DNA of 63,502 bases, filler included, from Folioceros fuciformis (Eukaryota): NCBI GenBank assembly GCA_049999805.1. It is 18 parts of 18 records of this genome, joined end to end, with 100 filler letters (N's around TTAATTAATTAA, not from the genome) between each part and the next. Parts side by side here need not be neighbours in the genome. Positions count along the whole stretch, not along the records: positions 23,930 to 25,064 come from JBNGIO010002832.1; positions 25,165 to 29,115 come from JBNGIO010002833.1; positions 29,216 to 30,256 come from JBNGIO010002834.1; positions 30,357 to 31,922 come from JBNGIO010002835.1; positions 32,023 to 37,822 come from JBNGIO010002836.1; 13 more parts are not named here. The stretch is one strand, 5' to 3'. Positions 23,830-35,436 of this stretch are shown here, in pieces. Made by a program: the position numbers and the translations under genes. Positions within the stretch are counted from its first letter, which is position 1. Every line of letters starts with the position of its first letter. The notes under the pieces are model-generated. The model made no database searches. It had not been told where the DNA came from and worked only from the letters and a program-made list of their open reading frames with translations.

Positions 23830-26800
23830 NNNNNNNNNNNNNNNNNNNNNNNNNNNNNNNNNNNNNNNNNNNNTTAATTAATTAANNNNNNNNNNNNNNN
23901 NNNNNNNNNNNNNNNNNNNNNNNNNNNNNCAGTTGGGATTCTAGATTGTAAGGGCTGTGGATGTGAAGGACTAGCCCGTAACCGTGCCAACTCTTGAAGT
24001 GACCGAGTAATTTGAGTATGAAGTCTAAGTTGTTCCTCTACTTCAGAATCAGTGGAAGCATGTGCATCTACAGGCTCAAGCTCACCTGGTAAGTCCGACT
24101 CCCTGCTGGATGATGAGGCCGACATACACAATCTAGCAAAAGACGGGTAGGCTACCTCCATAGAAGACTTAAAAAAAACTATTCTAAAGTCCTTTTTCTA
24201 AGAAACTCAAATTGAAGTTAATTAAAAAGGAGCTTCTAAAAAAAAGTTTTTTTTTTTTAAGGAAAAAGGCCCAACGCAACAAACCGCCAACTTAAACACG
24301 ACGGGGCGAACCGCCAACTTAAAAGGAAGGCCGAAACGCTAAGTTGCCGCAACTCGACGCACACCGCGACACGGGGAAAACGGGCACAAACTCTAAGCAC
24401 ATGTGGAAGAAGAATCCTCATGGGCAACCTTCCAGGCGTCGATCCAAATCTGTAAACCACACAAGAGCAGGGGAGCGCCCAGCGGCAAACAGCAAAAACT
24501 AGGGATTGCGTCGTCCCGCGAGTGCCTGCACCCCTTCAGATCTCAAACTGCTTCAGAGGAGAGGAACATCCCGCCGCGGGCGAGATGGCTTCAACGATGG
24601 CAAATACATGGCCACCAATGGGTCTCTGGTAGAAAGATCAGGCGCCCGCCCTAGCCATGAGGAGTGTGCCGCAAAATTTTTATCCAGAAGATCTTCAACT
24701 GCTGAGAATCGCCTGCACACCTCTCCGTTTAAGTGAAGAAGAGACTCCACAATTCCATTCACCACAGTCTTCAGATCTATGAGAGAAGCAAGGGATGCAT
24801 GAATCGCAGCAGAAACCTTCCGGCAAAGCTCTGAATCATCTGAATTGTGGACACGTGAATCCCTAGCAAAATTTTTCCTTGTATCCCTTGTGTAATTCCT
24901 ACACGAGTTCCGAAGAAAAGATTGCCTCTAACTCTTGTGCACAATCCTATTATGATCCCTAGAGCAAGGTAAAGTGTCCCCCAAGAATCCAGGTTTCCTA
25001 ACAGCCTGCCTAAATTGTGATCTCAGATTAGAAGAAGGCTGGAAGAAAAACTCTGAAGACCGACNNNNNNNNNNNNNNNNNNNNNNNNNNNNNNNNNNNN
25101 NNNNNNNNTTAATTAATTAANNNNNNNNNNNNNNNNNNNNNNNNNNNNNNNNNNNNNNNNNNNNGATTGAAAATAAAGTTTTCAATTATGTATTCATGAA
25201 CCAAGTTTTCAAGTTTCAAAGTCTTCAAGTTTACTTTTAGGAATTGAGCTTAAACTCAAAAGCTTCCATGTTGCAAACAAAGTAACAACCGCTACACCAT
25301 TCCCTATATCCATACTATTCATTGTTTTTGTTCAATTATATAGATTCTAAAAAAATGCATGGGCCTAGGGTCTAAGAGTGCATTGGTTTACCGACGTACT
25401 CTAATGTTAGTGTGGAGTGCACCGATCTACCAGAGTACTCTTGAAAAAAATGTCCGAAATCAGGAACCATGGAACGTCAGCACTCTACCTTTAATGCCAA
25501 TTTACGATTTTATCAAGGAAGGAGTCATGTGGCTAGGAATATCATTTTCACTAAGTAACTAGATAGTTTCATACACTTTTGTTGCAACACACCCACAATT
25601 TTGTTGTCTTTGATTGCCATCATGATGAAATGGAAGTACAACATCAACTTTTTAGAGTTCATTTCCGCATGTTGCACAAGAAAACCAATAGAATTATGGA
25701 TATGTGCCACAAAAATTACACAACAATTTCATCTGAAGCTTAATATGGCGGAATCCAACCATTAGGCGCAGACCATCTTACACGAGAACATGTCAGAGAG
25801 AATCACTCTTAATGACATCCCCTAATCAAGATCAAGCAAGTGGCTCCCTTACTCCATGGGCCATTACTCTTAAGCATATCAAACTCAACCTAATTCTAGC
25901 TAGCTCCCCTTATTCAAGCCCTCCATCCATCCCTTATTAGGAACTCACCTAAGCCATAGTCTCTTTATTCATTGACCATCAGACTTTCTACTTCTTCCTT
26001 TGACGGAATCCACTCCAATATTAGAGGTAGGGTTCAATCAAGCCTAAATCTCATCAACTTCTACTAGACCAGTAACAATGCTCTCCATCACGTCTTTTGT
26101 GGCCCAATTCTATCTATTGCTCGTGGAGTGAGTGGAGGGAGCTTCCTCCTTTCCGCCAACTCATTGTTTGCTCTCCTAGATGCCACCAAGTCCTAAGCCA
26201 CTTTGTCCCAATGCTACTAGAGTGCGATCTGTCCTCTTCTAATTACTTTGGTGTTACTTCGTCAGACCTTCAACAAATCTCCATGCTTATGAGATGGAGA
26301 GGCTGACCTTGTCATGGGATTTTGATTATCTGCTGCTCACAAGAGTTGTGATGCCTGAGCGCTGCAAGTGATGAGAATAGGGTGTTAATACCTTAGGTTT
26401 CGTTTGGTGAATGCGTTCATAGCTACTATAAGTCTAGGTGCCCATTCATTTGGGTTACGTCCTTTATGAAAGGGTGTGTCTATTCACCCTACCTAGCTTA
26501 AGTTCAATTATTTGTCTATGCTGTATATAATTATTATTTAATCAATATAATAATATAATTGTTTTATAACAATTCGTCTACACCAATTTCCATATTTTCT
26601 CATGGTATCAGAGCAAGGTTTAGGTGTAGATTACACTTGTGATAATGCACATTAAAATCTGCACATTCTAATGTGCACGACAATGTATTTTGTTTATATG
26701 TTTTATTGTTGTTTTCTTTTAAAGAAACTATTTTAAAACATACTTCAAGAAATAGGTTTATAGCTTTCTTGATTTTATATTTAGAATATTTGCACTTCTA

Positions 26801-26963
26801 GTAGGTTGTTCTAGTGTATCCATTGTCAGATTGCACTCTAGCAATCTGGCACTAGGCACGCTAGAACAACTGCCAGAATTGGTAAATATTTAATTATAGA
26901 ATCATTTACAAAGCTACAAATGTTTCTTAAAAAATAACAAAATACAAAAGCTTGGCCAAATGA

Positions 26964-27671
26964 ATGGCCAATTTGGTGGACGGGCAGCAATGGCGGCCAC
27001 GCCCTGCTGAGCGCATCCAACAGAGGAATGCCCACAGAGGACAACGAATTCAAGAGGGCAGGCTGACTTTTGCAAAATCACTTCACCATCAAACCCTGGA
27101 TTGGACTCTTCAAACACAAGACCAGCCTGAACAATCCCGGCTTGTGAGAGATTCCTTCAACTATCTGCTTGAGGCTATCTTCCCACAACAGCACCATTTG
27201 TTGCTTCCTCCACCACCCAGGAATCAAATTAATCTTCCACCCATTGTAAACGGTAACCCTAGGGGTTTCCTGACAACACACACATCACCACATGTTAGTG
27301 TGTCACAATTAAATGCAAGAATAAAAACACTTCAACAACATGTTGACGAGCGTTTCCAGAGCATTCGTCATAAGATAGCTGAAGTCAGTGTTGACTTGCA
27401 AGATTTGAAGGAACGTATAGGACATTTGGACTTCAAGTTGCTTACCTTGCTTAAGCCCGTTTTGCTAACAAATCCTGCACTCAGAGGTGTTGCTTGCAAA
27501 CGTGCTAACAAGAATTATAAGCAACACACTTTTGACGCTCCAAATTCCTGTCCTTCATGCTCTGTTCATACATTTAACATATGGGAGATTAGACATCCAA
27601 GGATAGAAAATAGATTAGCAAATCAACAGGCCAATTTACCTCAAGTTGGTAGATTTGCTCACCCCTTGTAG
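26964..27671 (+). CDS. Intact 235-aa extra ORF between the PBS and gag (Arg/Gln-rich N-terminus, Pro tract, coiled coil, CxxC); function unknown
   Basis: Uninterrupted ATG-to-TAG frame; heptad segment VSQLNARIKTLQQHVDERFQSIRHKIAEVSVDLQDLKERIGHLD. Confidence 0.7.
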   Translation: MANLVDGQQWRPRPAERIQQRNAHRGQRIQEGRLTFAKSLHHQTLDWTLQTQDQPEQSRLVRDSFNYLLEAIFPQQHHLLLPPPPRNQINLPPIVNGNPRGFLTTHTSPHVSVSQLNARIKTLQQHVDERFQSIRHKIAEVSVDLQDLKERIGHLDFKLLTLLKPVLLTNPALRGVACKRANKNYKQHTFDAPNSCPSCSVHTFNIWEIRHPRIENRLANQQANLPQVGRFAHPL

Positions 27672-27825
27672 ATAGGGCTGCTCCTGCAGTTTATTTAAGA
27701 TGCAACAGTAGCCTCTTACCTCTTCCCAGTCTTTCTCTTCAATTTGTACCTTGTCTGGATAGGCTACAAAGCTGCATACAGCCATTTCTCCTAACAGTTA
27801 GGATAGAATTACTACATTCTAATAA

Positions 27826-29115
27826 ATGGCAGATACCACTACTGTAGTTGGTGATATTTTTAAGGAGAAAGATAGATTTGGGGGGATTGACTATGACATC
27901 TGGGTCATGCGTATGAAAGGAGCCTTACAAAGTAAGAAGCTATGGAAGATAGCAACAGGAAATGAATCACTTCCAACACCTACTGCATCTTCTGAATCTT
28001 CTCCTTCTTCTACTGAAAAAAGATACCAAGAAGCTTGGTATACAAAGGATGAAGCTGCAATGCACCTGTTGAGAAGTGGACTAACCTCTGACATGCTGCG
28101 ACAGACTTCTGGCTGCAATACATCTTTTGAGATATGGACCAGATTACATGAGCTGTACGCAGGTGTTAATACCACAAGTCAGATGACAGCCCTTCGCAAC
28201 ATTCAAAATTGCAAAATGAGAGAAGGGGAGACAGTTGAAAAACATGTTGGGCATTTTAGATCACTTGTTTCTAAGTTAGAAAGTGCTTCACAGGAGGCTC
28301 TATCTGATGAGCTGCTTACCTTATATTTCATGATGTCTCTCCCTGACTCATGGTCACACTTTGTGACATCTTACAATGCTCCTCAGCCACAGGCTTCAAA
28401 GATAGCTAAGGCTGCAGGTGTCACAATACCACAGACAACATTTTCTGAGTTAGTGGGAGCTCTTCTTCAGGAAGAAGCTACAAGAGGACAAAACAGGCGT
28501 GCAGGCAAGCAGCAGGCTCTTTACACCACAAATAAAAACAAGGGCGCAAGGCCCAACTTCAAAGGTAAACAGAATACCTTTCAAGGTGCTGGTGCCTCAC
28601 GGCGAGGGACAGCACAGAAGAAACCCAAGAAGTCTGGAAAATGCCACTAGTGCCAGATTCCAGGACATTGGGAAAATGAATGTCGAAAGAAGCAGGCCGG
28701 AGTACCTCGCAAGGAGGGCAACTCTACTTCTGAGACACATGTTGTGGTGAAAAAGCAAGGCTCACCTTCTACCCTTACAGTAGGGATTAGGAAGTTTGCA
28801 TATCCTCTTGTTAACCCCACCTGTTTGTCTGCAAACACACAAGGTAAACCAGTCAGCGAGTGGTACCTTGATACAGGTGCAACAATGCACATATGCTTTG
28901 ACAAAAATGCCTTTGTCACATACGAGTTAGTAGACAATCAGTTTGTTTACTTAGGTGATGACAGATCACTAGTGTCTCCAGGCAGAGGCACTATAGAAAT
29001 TCCAGTCCCTCCTGGAGTTACACTCATATTGAAAGATGTGTACTATGTTCTAGAAATGACTAGGAATCTCATCTCTGTTAGGAGACTCAACATGGATAAT
29101 AATACTTACATCCTA
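27826..29115 (+). pseudogene. Copia gag-protease with an in-frame TAG at 28648 inside the zinc knuckle
   Basis: DYDIWVMRMKGAL...LWKIATG, SLPDSWSHF, CH*CQIPGHWENEC, WYLDTGATMHIC in one frame. Confidence 0.93.
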
Positions 29116-29215
29116 NNNNNNNNNNNNNNNNNNNNNNNNNNNNNNNNNNNNNNNNNNNNTTAATTAATTAANNNNNNNNNNNNNNNNNNNNNNNNNNNNN
29201 NNNNNNNNNNNNNNN

Positions 29216-29460
29216 CTTCGAGTATGAGGATCGTTGCGAGAAGCGCCTCTTCTCGTTCCCTCTGTTGGCTACTTACATGCATGGCAGACACTTCGAGTAT
29301 GAGGATCGTTGCGAGAAGCACCTCTTCTCGTTCCCTCTGTTGGCTACTTACATGCATGGCAGACACTTCGAGTATGAGGATCGTTGCGAGAAGCGCCTCT
29401 TCTCGTTCCCTCCGTTGGCTACTTACATGCATGGCAGACACTTCGAGTATCAGGATCGCG
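29216..29460. repeat. 75-bp tandem repeat, ~3.2 copies (cut by linker)
   Basis: cttcgagtatgaggatcg... at 29216, 29291, 29366, 29441. Confidence 0.97.
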
Positions 29461-29734
29461 GTGCAGCGCCGGGGGAGTGCGCCCATCAGACCCAGCCACT
29501 TCCCTTGTGGGAACATCTGGCCCACCGAGTGCGGTAGCAACACTGGTGGGAAGAGCAATGCGCTGCGCAAGGCCTGGCCACAACTGAGGGTTGAAGGCCA
29601 CTGGAGAGTACGAGATGCCACCGCCAAGGTATGGGGAGGATGGGAAGTCGTCAGTGCTGTCAAAAACTGTCTCTAGAACTCGCCCCTCCATACCGTCCAG
29701 TGACCTACCGCAATCGACCTCATCGATTATGGGC

Positions 29735-30100
29735 GTGCCCTCTCCGGTGTCCTAACTAACTTAAACAAAACATGATTGTGAGTGTACCGAAACGTGAGGG
29801 AGGGAAGAAAGTAGGTGTCCTCTCCGGTGTCCTAACTAACTTAAACAAAAAGTGATTGTGAGTGTACTGGGACGTGAGGGAGGGAAGAAAGTAGGTGTCC
29901 TCTCTAACTTAAATAAAAAGTGATTGTGAGTGTACCGGGATGTGAGGGAGGGAAGAAGGTAGGTGTCCTCTCTAACTTAAACAAAAAGTGATTGTGAGTG
30001 TACCGGGATGTGAGGGAGGGAAGAAAGTAGGTGTCCTCTCTAACTTAAACAAAAAGTGATTGTGAGTGTACCGGGATGTGAGGGAGGGAAGAAAGTGGGT
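29735..30100. repeat. Tandem array of 80-bp units followed by 68-bp units
   Basis: gtgtcc anchor at 29815, 29895, 29963, 30031. Confidence 0.95.
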
Positions 30101-30356
30101 GTTCGGATCCTTTATCTTTGCACCGTATACCGCCGCCTGCCCGCCACCCTTAAATATCTATGAAAGAACCCTGTCCGTATGGGTATTCCATACTTTAAAA
30201 GTAGTAATAGAAAAATCCTTCTTATTATAAGATTAGTCACAAAATTCTTTTATAACNNNNNNNNNNNNNNNNNNNNNNNNNNNNNNNNNNNNNNNNNNNN
30301 TTAATTAATTAANNNNNNNNNNNNNNNNNNNNNNNNNNNNNNNNNNNNNNNNNNNN

Positions 30357-30972
30357 GAGCACTAGCAGGAGAAGGAGAACGTGTTCGTGTAGGAGGACAA
30401 GCAGGTTCATATCCTTGAGCACTAGCAGGAGAAGGAGAACGTGTTCGTGTAGGAGGACAAGCAAGTTCATATCCTTGAGCACTAGCAGGAGAACGAACAC
30501 GTTGATATACTTTAGCATACGCGGGAGGGTGACCATACTGACATCCTTGAGCGGGTGCAGAGGGGTCATATCCTTGAGCGGGTGCAGAGGGGTCATATCC
30601 TTGAGCGGGTGCAGAGGGGTCATATCCTTGAGCGGGTGCAAAGGGGTCATATCCTTTAGCAAATGCAAGGCGACCATATCCTTGAGCTGATGCACGAAGG
30701 TTGAGGTCACGTCTTTGAGTTGATGCAGGCTGACCATTTCCTTGTGCATATGAAAGATCCATGGGTCGATTTCCATTTCCTTGTGCATATGAAAGATCCA
30801 TGGGTCGATTTCCATTTCCTTGTTCATATGAAAGATCCATGGGTCGATTTCCTTGATGTTCACCGGAGTGATGAGCTGTAGCTTGTATGGCTTCTCTATC
30901 TGGTGTGTTGCCCTTGCACAACCTTTTTCCATTCATGTTGTTTGGAGCTTCTTGGAATTTTCTCTTCTCCAT
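30357..30972 (-). CDS. Unknown repeat-rich protein, N-terminal part (MEKRKFQEAP...), open into the linker
   Basis: 39-, 27- and 60-bp internal repeats all preserve frame; basic NLS-like start; TATA-like TATAAAA upstream at ~31238. Confidence 0.45.
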
Positions 30973-32696
30973 TGTAGATGGATGTTTATGATAAAGAATC
31001 GTGCAAGCTAACTTTAGCTTTGCACAATTGCCTAAAGTCTTTATAAAATAATGTAGCGACTTACTCAAAGTAACATCACTCGCTCTACTAGAATTTGCAA
31101 GAATCCTTAGAAATGTTACCAATGCTTAGGGATGTTTTGAATGCAGTGCATCCAAGAATCCCTAGAAATGTTGCCAATGCTTAGGGATGTTTTGAATGCA
31201 ATGCGTGCATTGTCGAGCTAGCCTAGGCCTCTTTTTATAATGAGGGGTATATTCCTCTTAAAGTAACTACCTAATGTGCATGTAGTTCTCACCCTATTCT
31301 CCACCACATATATAGACCTAAAATAGAAAGAGCAGCATAGGAATTTTTAACTCTACTCAAACAGTAAATAGTAAATATAAAAATAAATTAATCTTAATAA
31401 AGGTAGCGTATAAAATAGACTATTGAGAACATGTTGTACAAATGGCTTGAAAGTCATTTACGTTGTTAGGGTTTTGGGTACTATATATGTACAAAGCATA
31501 ATATATATTGTCTCCAAGTACAACATAGGTAGGCATCACTCTCCATACTCCCTACTCAATGGTATGAAACTTTCCAAGAGTAAACAAGCTTAAGAGTGAA
31601 AGCTCAAGGACCTCAATAGAGCACAAGGGCTTTTCTCCAAGGCATTCTTGAGATCCATTTCTCCAAGACATCTTTCGAGATCCATTAATCGAAGGCGTCT
31701 TTAGAAATCCATTTCTCGAAGTCGTCTTTAGAGATCCATTTCTTTCATCTCCATTGATGTTAGCTTTGAGGGGTCACTTGAAGAATATTTCAACATGTCG
31801 GACAAACCAAGAGAACCTAGTACTAAAGATTTCAATATATCAGATACATTAAAGGAGCTTCAAACTATTGGATGTAGTATTCAAATTATTGGGTGTAGTA
31901 GTGACAATGCTCTAGGACATGGNNNNNNNNNNNNNNNNNNNNNNNNNNNNNNNNNNNNNNNNNNNNTTAATTAATTAANNNNNNNNNNNNNNNNNNNNNN
32001 NNNNNNNNNNNNNNNNNNNNNNACATGATCCTCACACCACCTAGACCCCCAAGCAGAATGACATCAAGGCTCGCATAGCCGATGCACCGTCACTAACGAA
32101 AAAACAGTACTGTAACCCTAAAGCCCAACTTCATACGGTTCCGAACGTGCTCCACGTACGAATCGGCGACGTTGCGTTTTTTCTGGACTCCCAATCGTTG
32201 CTTTTGCCTTTCCGATTTATTTGCTCTTTGATTATCCATTTCATTGGCCTATTAAACTTTCATGTATTCCAAGCTGTGGTCACAAGCTTGTCATATTACG
32301 GACTATCAGCCATAAAAGTTGGAATTATAAATCAATATATTATAACATGATATGTAATTTGTTAGTTCACAACCTAATATATGTAAGACATTTTTTCAAT
32401 TTCTCAAGACAAGTTCACCATCCACTAGCGATTTAAGTACCTCATGTTATCGAAAATAGCTTTTTCATAAGCACCTTATAGTCTATATATGTAAGCAACT
32501 AGTGCACTCAAAAGATGTATGCCACAGTGACTTTCTAGAGGTAAACTTACTTGGCGATAATTTTTTTGTTCTTATTTTTGTATATGCGAATATATATTAG
32601 ATGATAAGTATGTTGGTTCATATCTTTTACTCATATTAATGCATCATATTTTCAACCTAACCTTTTGCTCCTTATTTCATGAATGTCAGGAAAAAC

Positions 32697-33527
32697 ATGG
32701 CGAAACACACAGCTGCACTACAAAAATATATCAACAACTTCATGAAGAATTATTTTGGTATAAGAATCGTGGAACTTTGGGTTCTCTTACTTGGAAGAAG
32801 TGCAGCGGATGAGGAGAATGAGACATTAGGCACTTTTGTGTTTTGCTTCTATGAGATGTTGATGGACAGCTTGTATTCTAATATTAAGAAGAATCGGCAC
32901 AAGGTCCTTACACTTGTAAAGAGATTGGCTACTGAGTATGATTTCCAAGTTATTGATGAAGATATTGGACGACAATCTCTAGGTGATTGTTCCGCAATGT
33001 TGGAGAAACTCTTTGGGCCAAAATCATTTGAAGAGCGTCAATGCCTAATAGCAAGTGCCTGTGATCAAGTTGCACCAGATTGTACATGCTTCAAGTTTCA
33101 TCTTACTGAAGAGAATATAAGGACATATGTGGATTCATTCAACACTGCCGTGCCTTATGTTGTCGCCTTGAAGCTCATTGCAAAGCATGTGTTGGTATTA
33201 GAAGGAGCTATAATGGGAATATTCCTCTTAGGAGCTTGTGGCATGGATTCCCAAATCACTCAGGATCGCATGATTTTGGATGATGTTTACAAGATGATAA
33301 ATGAATTCAAAGGTTTCTTGGTCGAGAGGCTTATCAAACCTAGAACTTTGGTTGAGGAATGCCAATCAGGTGAACTTCAAGGCTCTGGACCCAAAGATGT
33401 TGTGATGGAGGGATGTGCATTTTCCAAATGTTACACAAGGATTCTAATTGAGCACCTCAATAATAATATCGATTCAATGGAGAGTCTTTTTTTCAAGGAC
33501 GTAAGCAATTGTTCTGCTTCCAAGTAG
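32697..33527 (+). CDS. Orphan ~276-aa protein, single coding exon, probable 5'UTR intron 32541-32689
   Basis: Long ORF in AT-rich DNA; AG|GTAAAC donor, CTAAC branch point, CAG acceptor, then AAAACATGGCG start context. Confidence 0.6.
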   Translation: MAKHTAALQKYINNFMKNYFGIRIVELWVLLLGRSAADEENETLGTFVFCFYEMLMDSLYSNIKKNRHKVLTLVKRLATEYDFQVIDEDIGRQSLGDCSAMLEKLFGPKSFEERQCLIASACDQVAPDCTCFKFHLTEENIRTYVDSFNTAVPYVVALKLIAKHVLVLEGAIMGIFLLGACGMDSQITQDRMILDDVYKMINEFKGFLVERLIKPRTLVEECQSGELQGSGPKDVVMEGCAFSKCYTRILIEHLNNNIDSMESLFFKDVSNCSASK

Positions 33528-34808
33528 TATCACCTTAAACTCTAAGAAGTGAGACATTTGTCAAGGAAGCCAAGAATGCTGTGTTTGTTCTGCATCCAAG
33601 TAGTATCACCTTTAACTCTAAGGAGTGAGACATTTGTCAAGGAAGCCAAGAATGCTGTGTGCATCAATAGTATCAACTTTAACTGAAAGGAGTGAGAATT
33701 GTTGTGATGTTGTGATAGTCACTAGATAGGGAACACTCGTTTTAGTTGTGCTAAACAACTTTCTACTAAGTGGATTTTCATGTTAAATGTTTTATTTTGC
33801 CAAAGTTTGGTGCAAGGATCCACCACGTGCTACTATGAAAATGTGGCTCAAATTTAAAGAATGTGGCAGAACTTTGGGATTGCGCAACCTTAGGGTTTAG
33901 GAAAGAGCAAGGTAATCTCTATGACATTGCAAGCAGGGGACCTACAACAAAGGAAGAAAAGCCAATTGAAGCAAAAGTCAAGCATGAAGATCAATCGAAG
34001 TTGAGAAGGTGGGATGGGAGCAAAAAAATTGATAGATGAGAATGTGGGATGGGAGCAAAAAATTAACAGATGAGCAATGGTAGCAAATATGGGAGTTCTC
34101 GAAATGTCACATATGCGGTTGCATCCATGAAGAAGAAGCCATATTCTTAGGCAAGCAATGATAGCATCTATCTTGTCTACAATTACCTTAGGAGGAAATG
34201 CCATAGAAAGTGTTGTTACAACATATTCGTCCATAGTGGTAAAGTACTGTGCAACACGAAATAGTTTTAAACATATATGCCCATAGTGGTAAAGTGGTGA
34301 AGTACTATTTTACAAGGAATAGAGCTGCAACACCATCATACAATAATCAAGGTCTATACAAAGTTGGAGTGAATAATCATTAACTAATGAATACGATGAA
34401 TAATCATTAACTAATGAACAATGATTATGGTTGGTGGGAATAATGATTAACGAATGAACAATAATTATGGTTGGTACAAATAATCATTAAGTAATAAGTA
34501 CTATATGCTACAAGGACAAGCTCAAAACGATGCCACAAGGACAAGCTTGAAACGAAGCTCCTGTCCCCCACCAAAGAAAAGAGCAAAGTTTATCTTATAT
34601 AAAAATAAAGAATGAGGGTTGAAAAAAAAAACCAAAACAAGAGCAAAGTCTACCTTTTGTGAAATAGAGAACGAGGGTTGAAAAAGAAAAGCTTCGGAGG
34701 CAGTGTGAAGCGCGTCAGTATCATTCCATCCCTTGAACCATGAGTGATGGGAAGGTGGAAAAGGAGGTAGATATAATACGTAATAAAAAATGGGGACACG
34801 ATCAAGGA

Positions 34809-34980
34809 AATCGTCAGCAATCAAACAATACGTTTCCTTTGTGTACCTCGTGCACAATCCTTTGAAGAGCCCCTGTCCCCACTCCTGCCATGATCTCAAT
34901 CGTCAGCAATCAACAATACGTTTCCTTTGTGTACCTCGTGCACAATCCTTTGAAGAGCCCCTGTCCCCACTCCTGCCATG
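34809..34980. repeat. ~89-bp tandem duplication downstream of CYP710
   Basis: aatcgtcagcaatc...ctgccatga occurs twice. Confidence 0.9.
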
Positions 34981-35436
34981 ACCTCGCTTGTGGGGGATGA
35001 TCACCTTCAGGTGGTGACTAGAAAAATCATGTTTGCTGTAGCGCACTAGCCACCCACAATCTATGCGCATTTGCTTGTTCAATCGTCTGACACACCCACC
35101 TCTGACCAGCTTGTGAACAAGAGCCGTGTGAAGTGATTTGCAAGAGGGTCACGAAGGAGATGCGAACTTGGACTTCGGTGGACTAGGGAAGAATAGCCTG
35201 GAACTTCGAAGACAATATCCTGGAAGAGCTCTTAGAGCCACAACCATGTGACGAAGTTCTCATATCACGTAGTGCGGGGTGGCGTTGTAAGACGCTCGGT
35301 AATTTGACAACATTTTGTCGACCAATAGAATACAGCAGTCTTATGACACAAGGCAGCAATTCATACAACCAGGGGGGATAACACCCTCTGGAACTGGTTT
35401 CGTTTTTATTACGGTTACAAGGTCCCTTAGGTGGGA

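Larger units (their letters stand above)
26383..29115 (+). mobile_element. Ty1/copia element 5' half: LTR 26383-26602, PBS 26603-26614, extra ORF, gag-protease
   Basis: TGTT...CTCA (220 bp) plus TGGTATCAGAGC, with gag and protease downstream. Confidence 0.92.

Noticed and set aside
28648-28650. Programmed stop-codon readthrough between gag and pol
   Set aside because: The TAG lies inside the CCHC knuckle; the sister copy (~22130, minus) has Trp here (CNWC), so it is a TGG->TAG mutation
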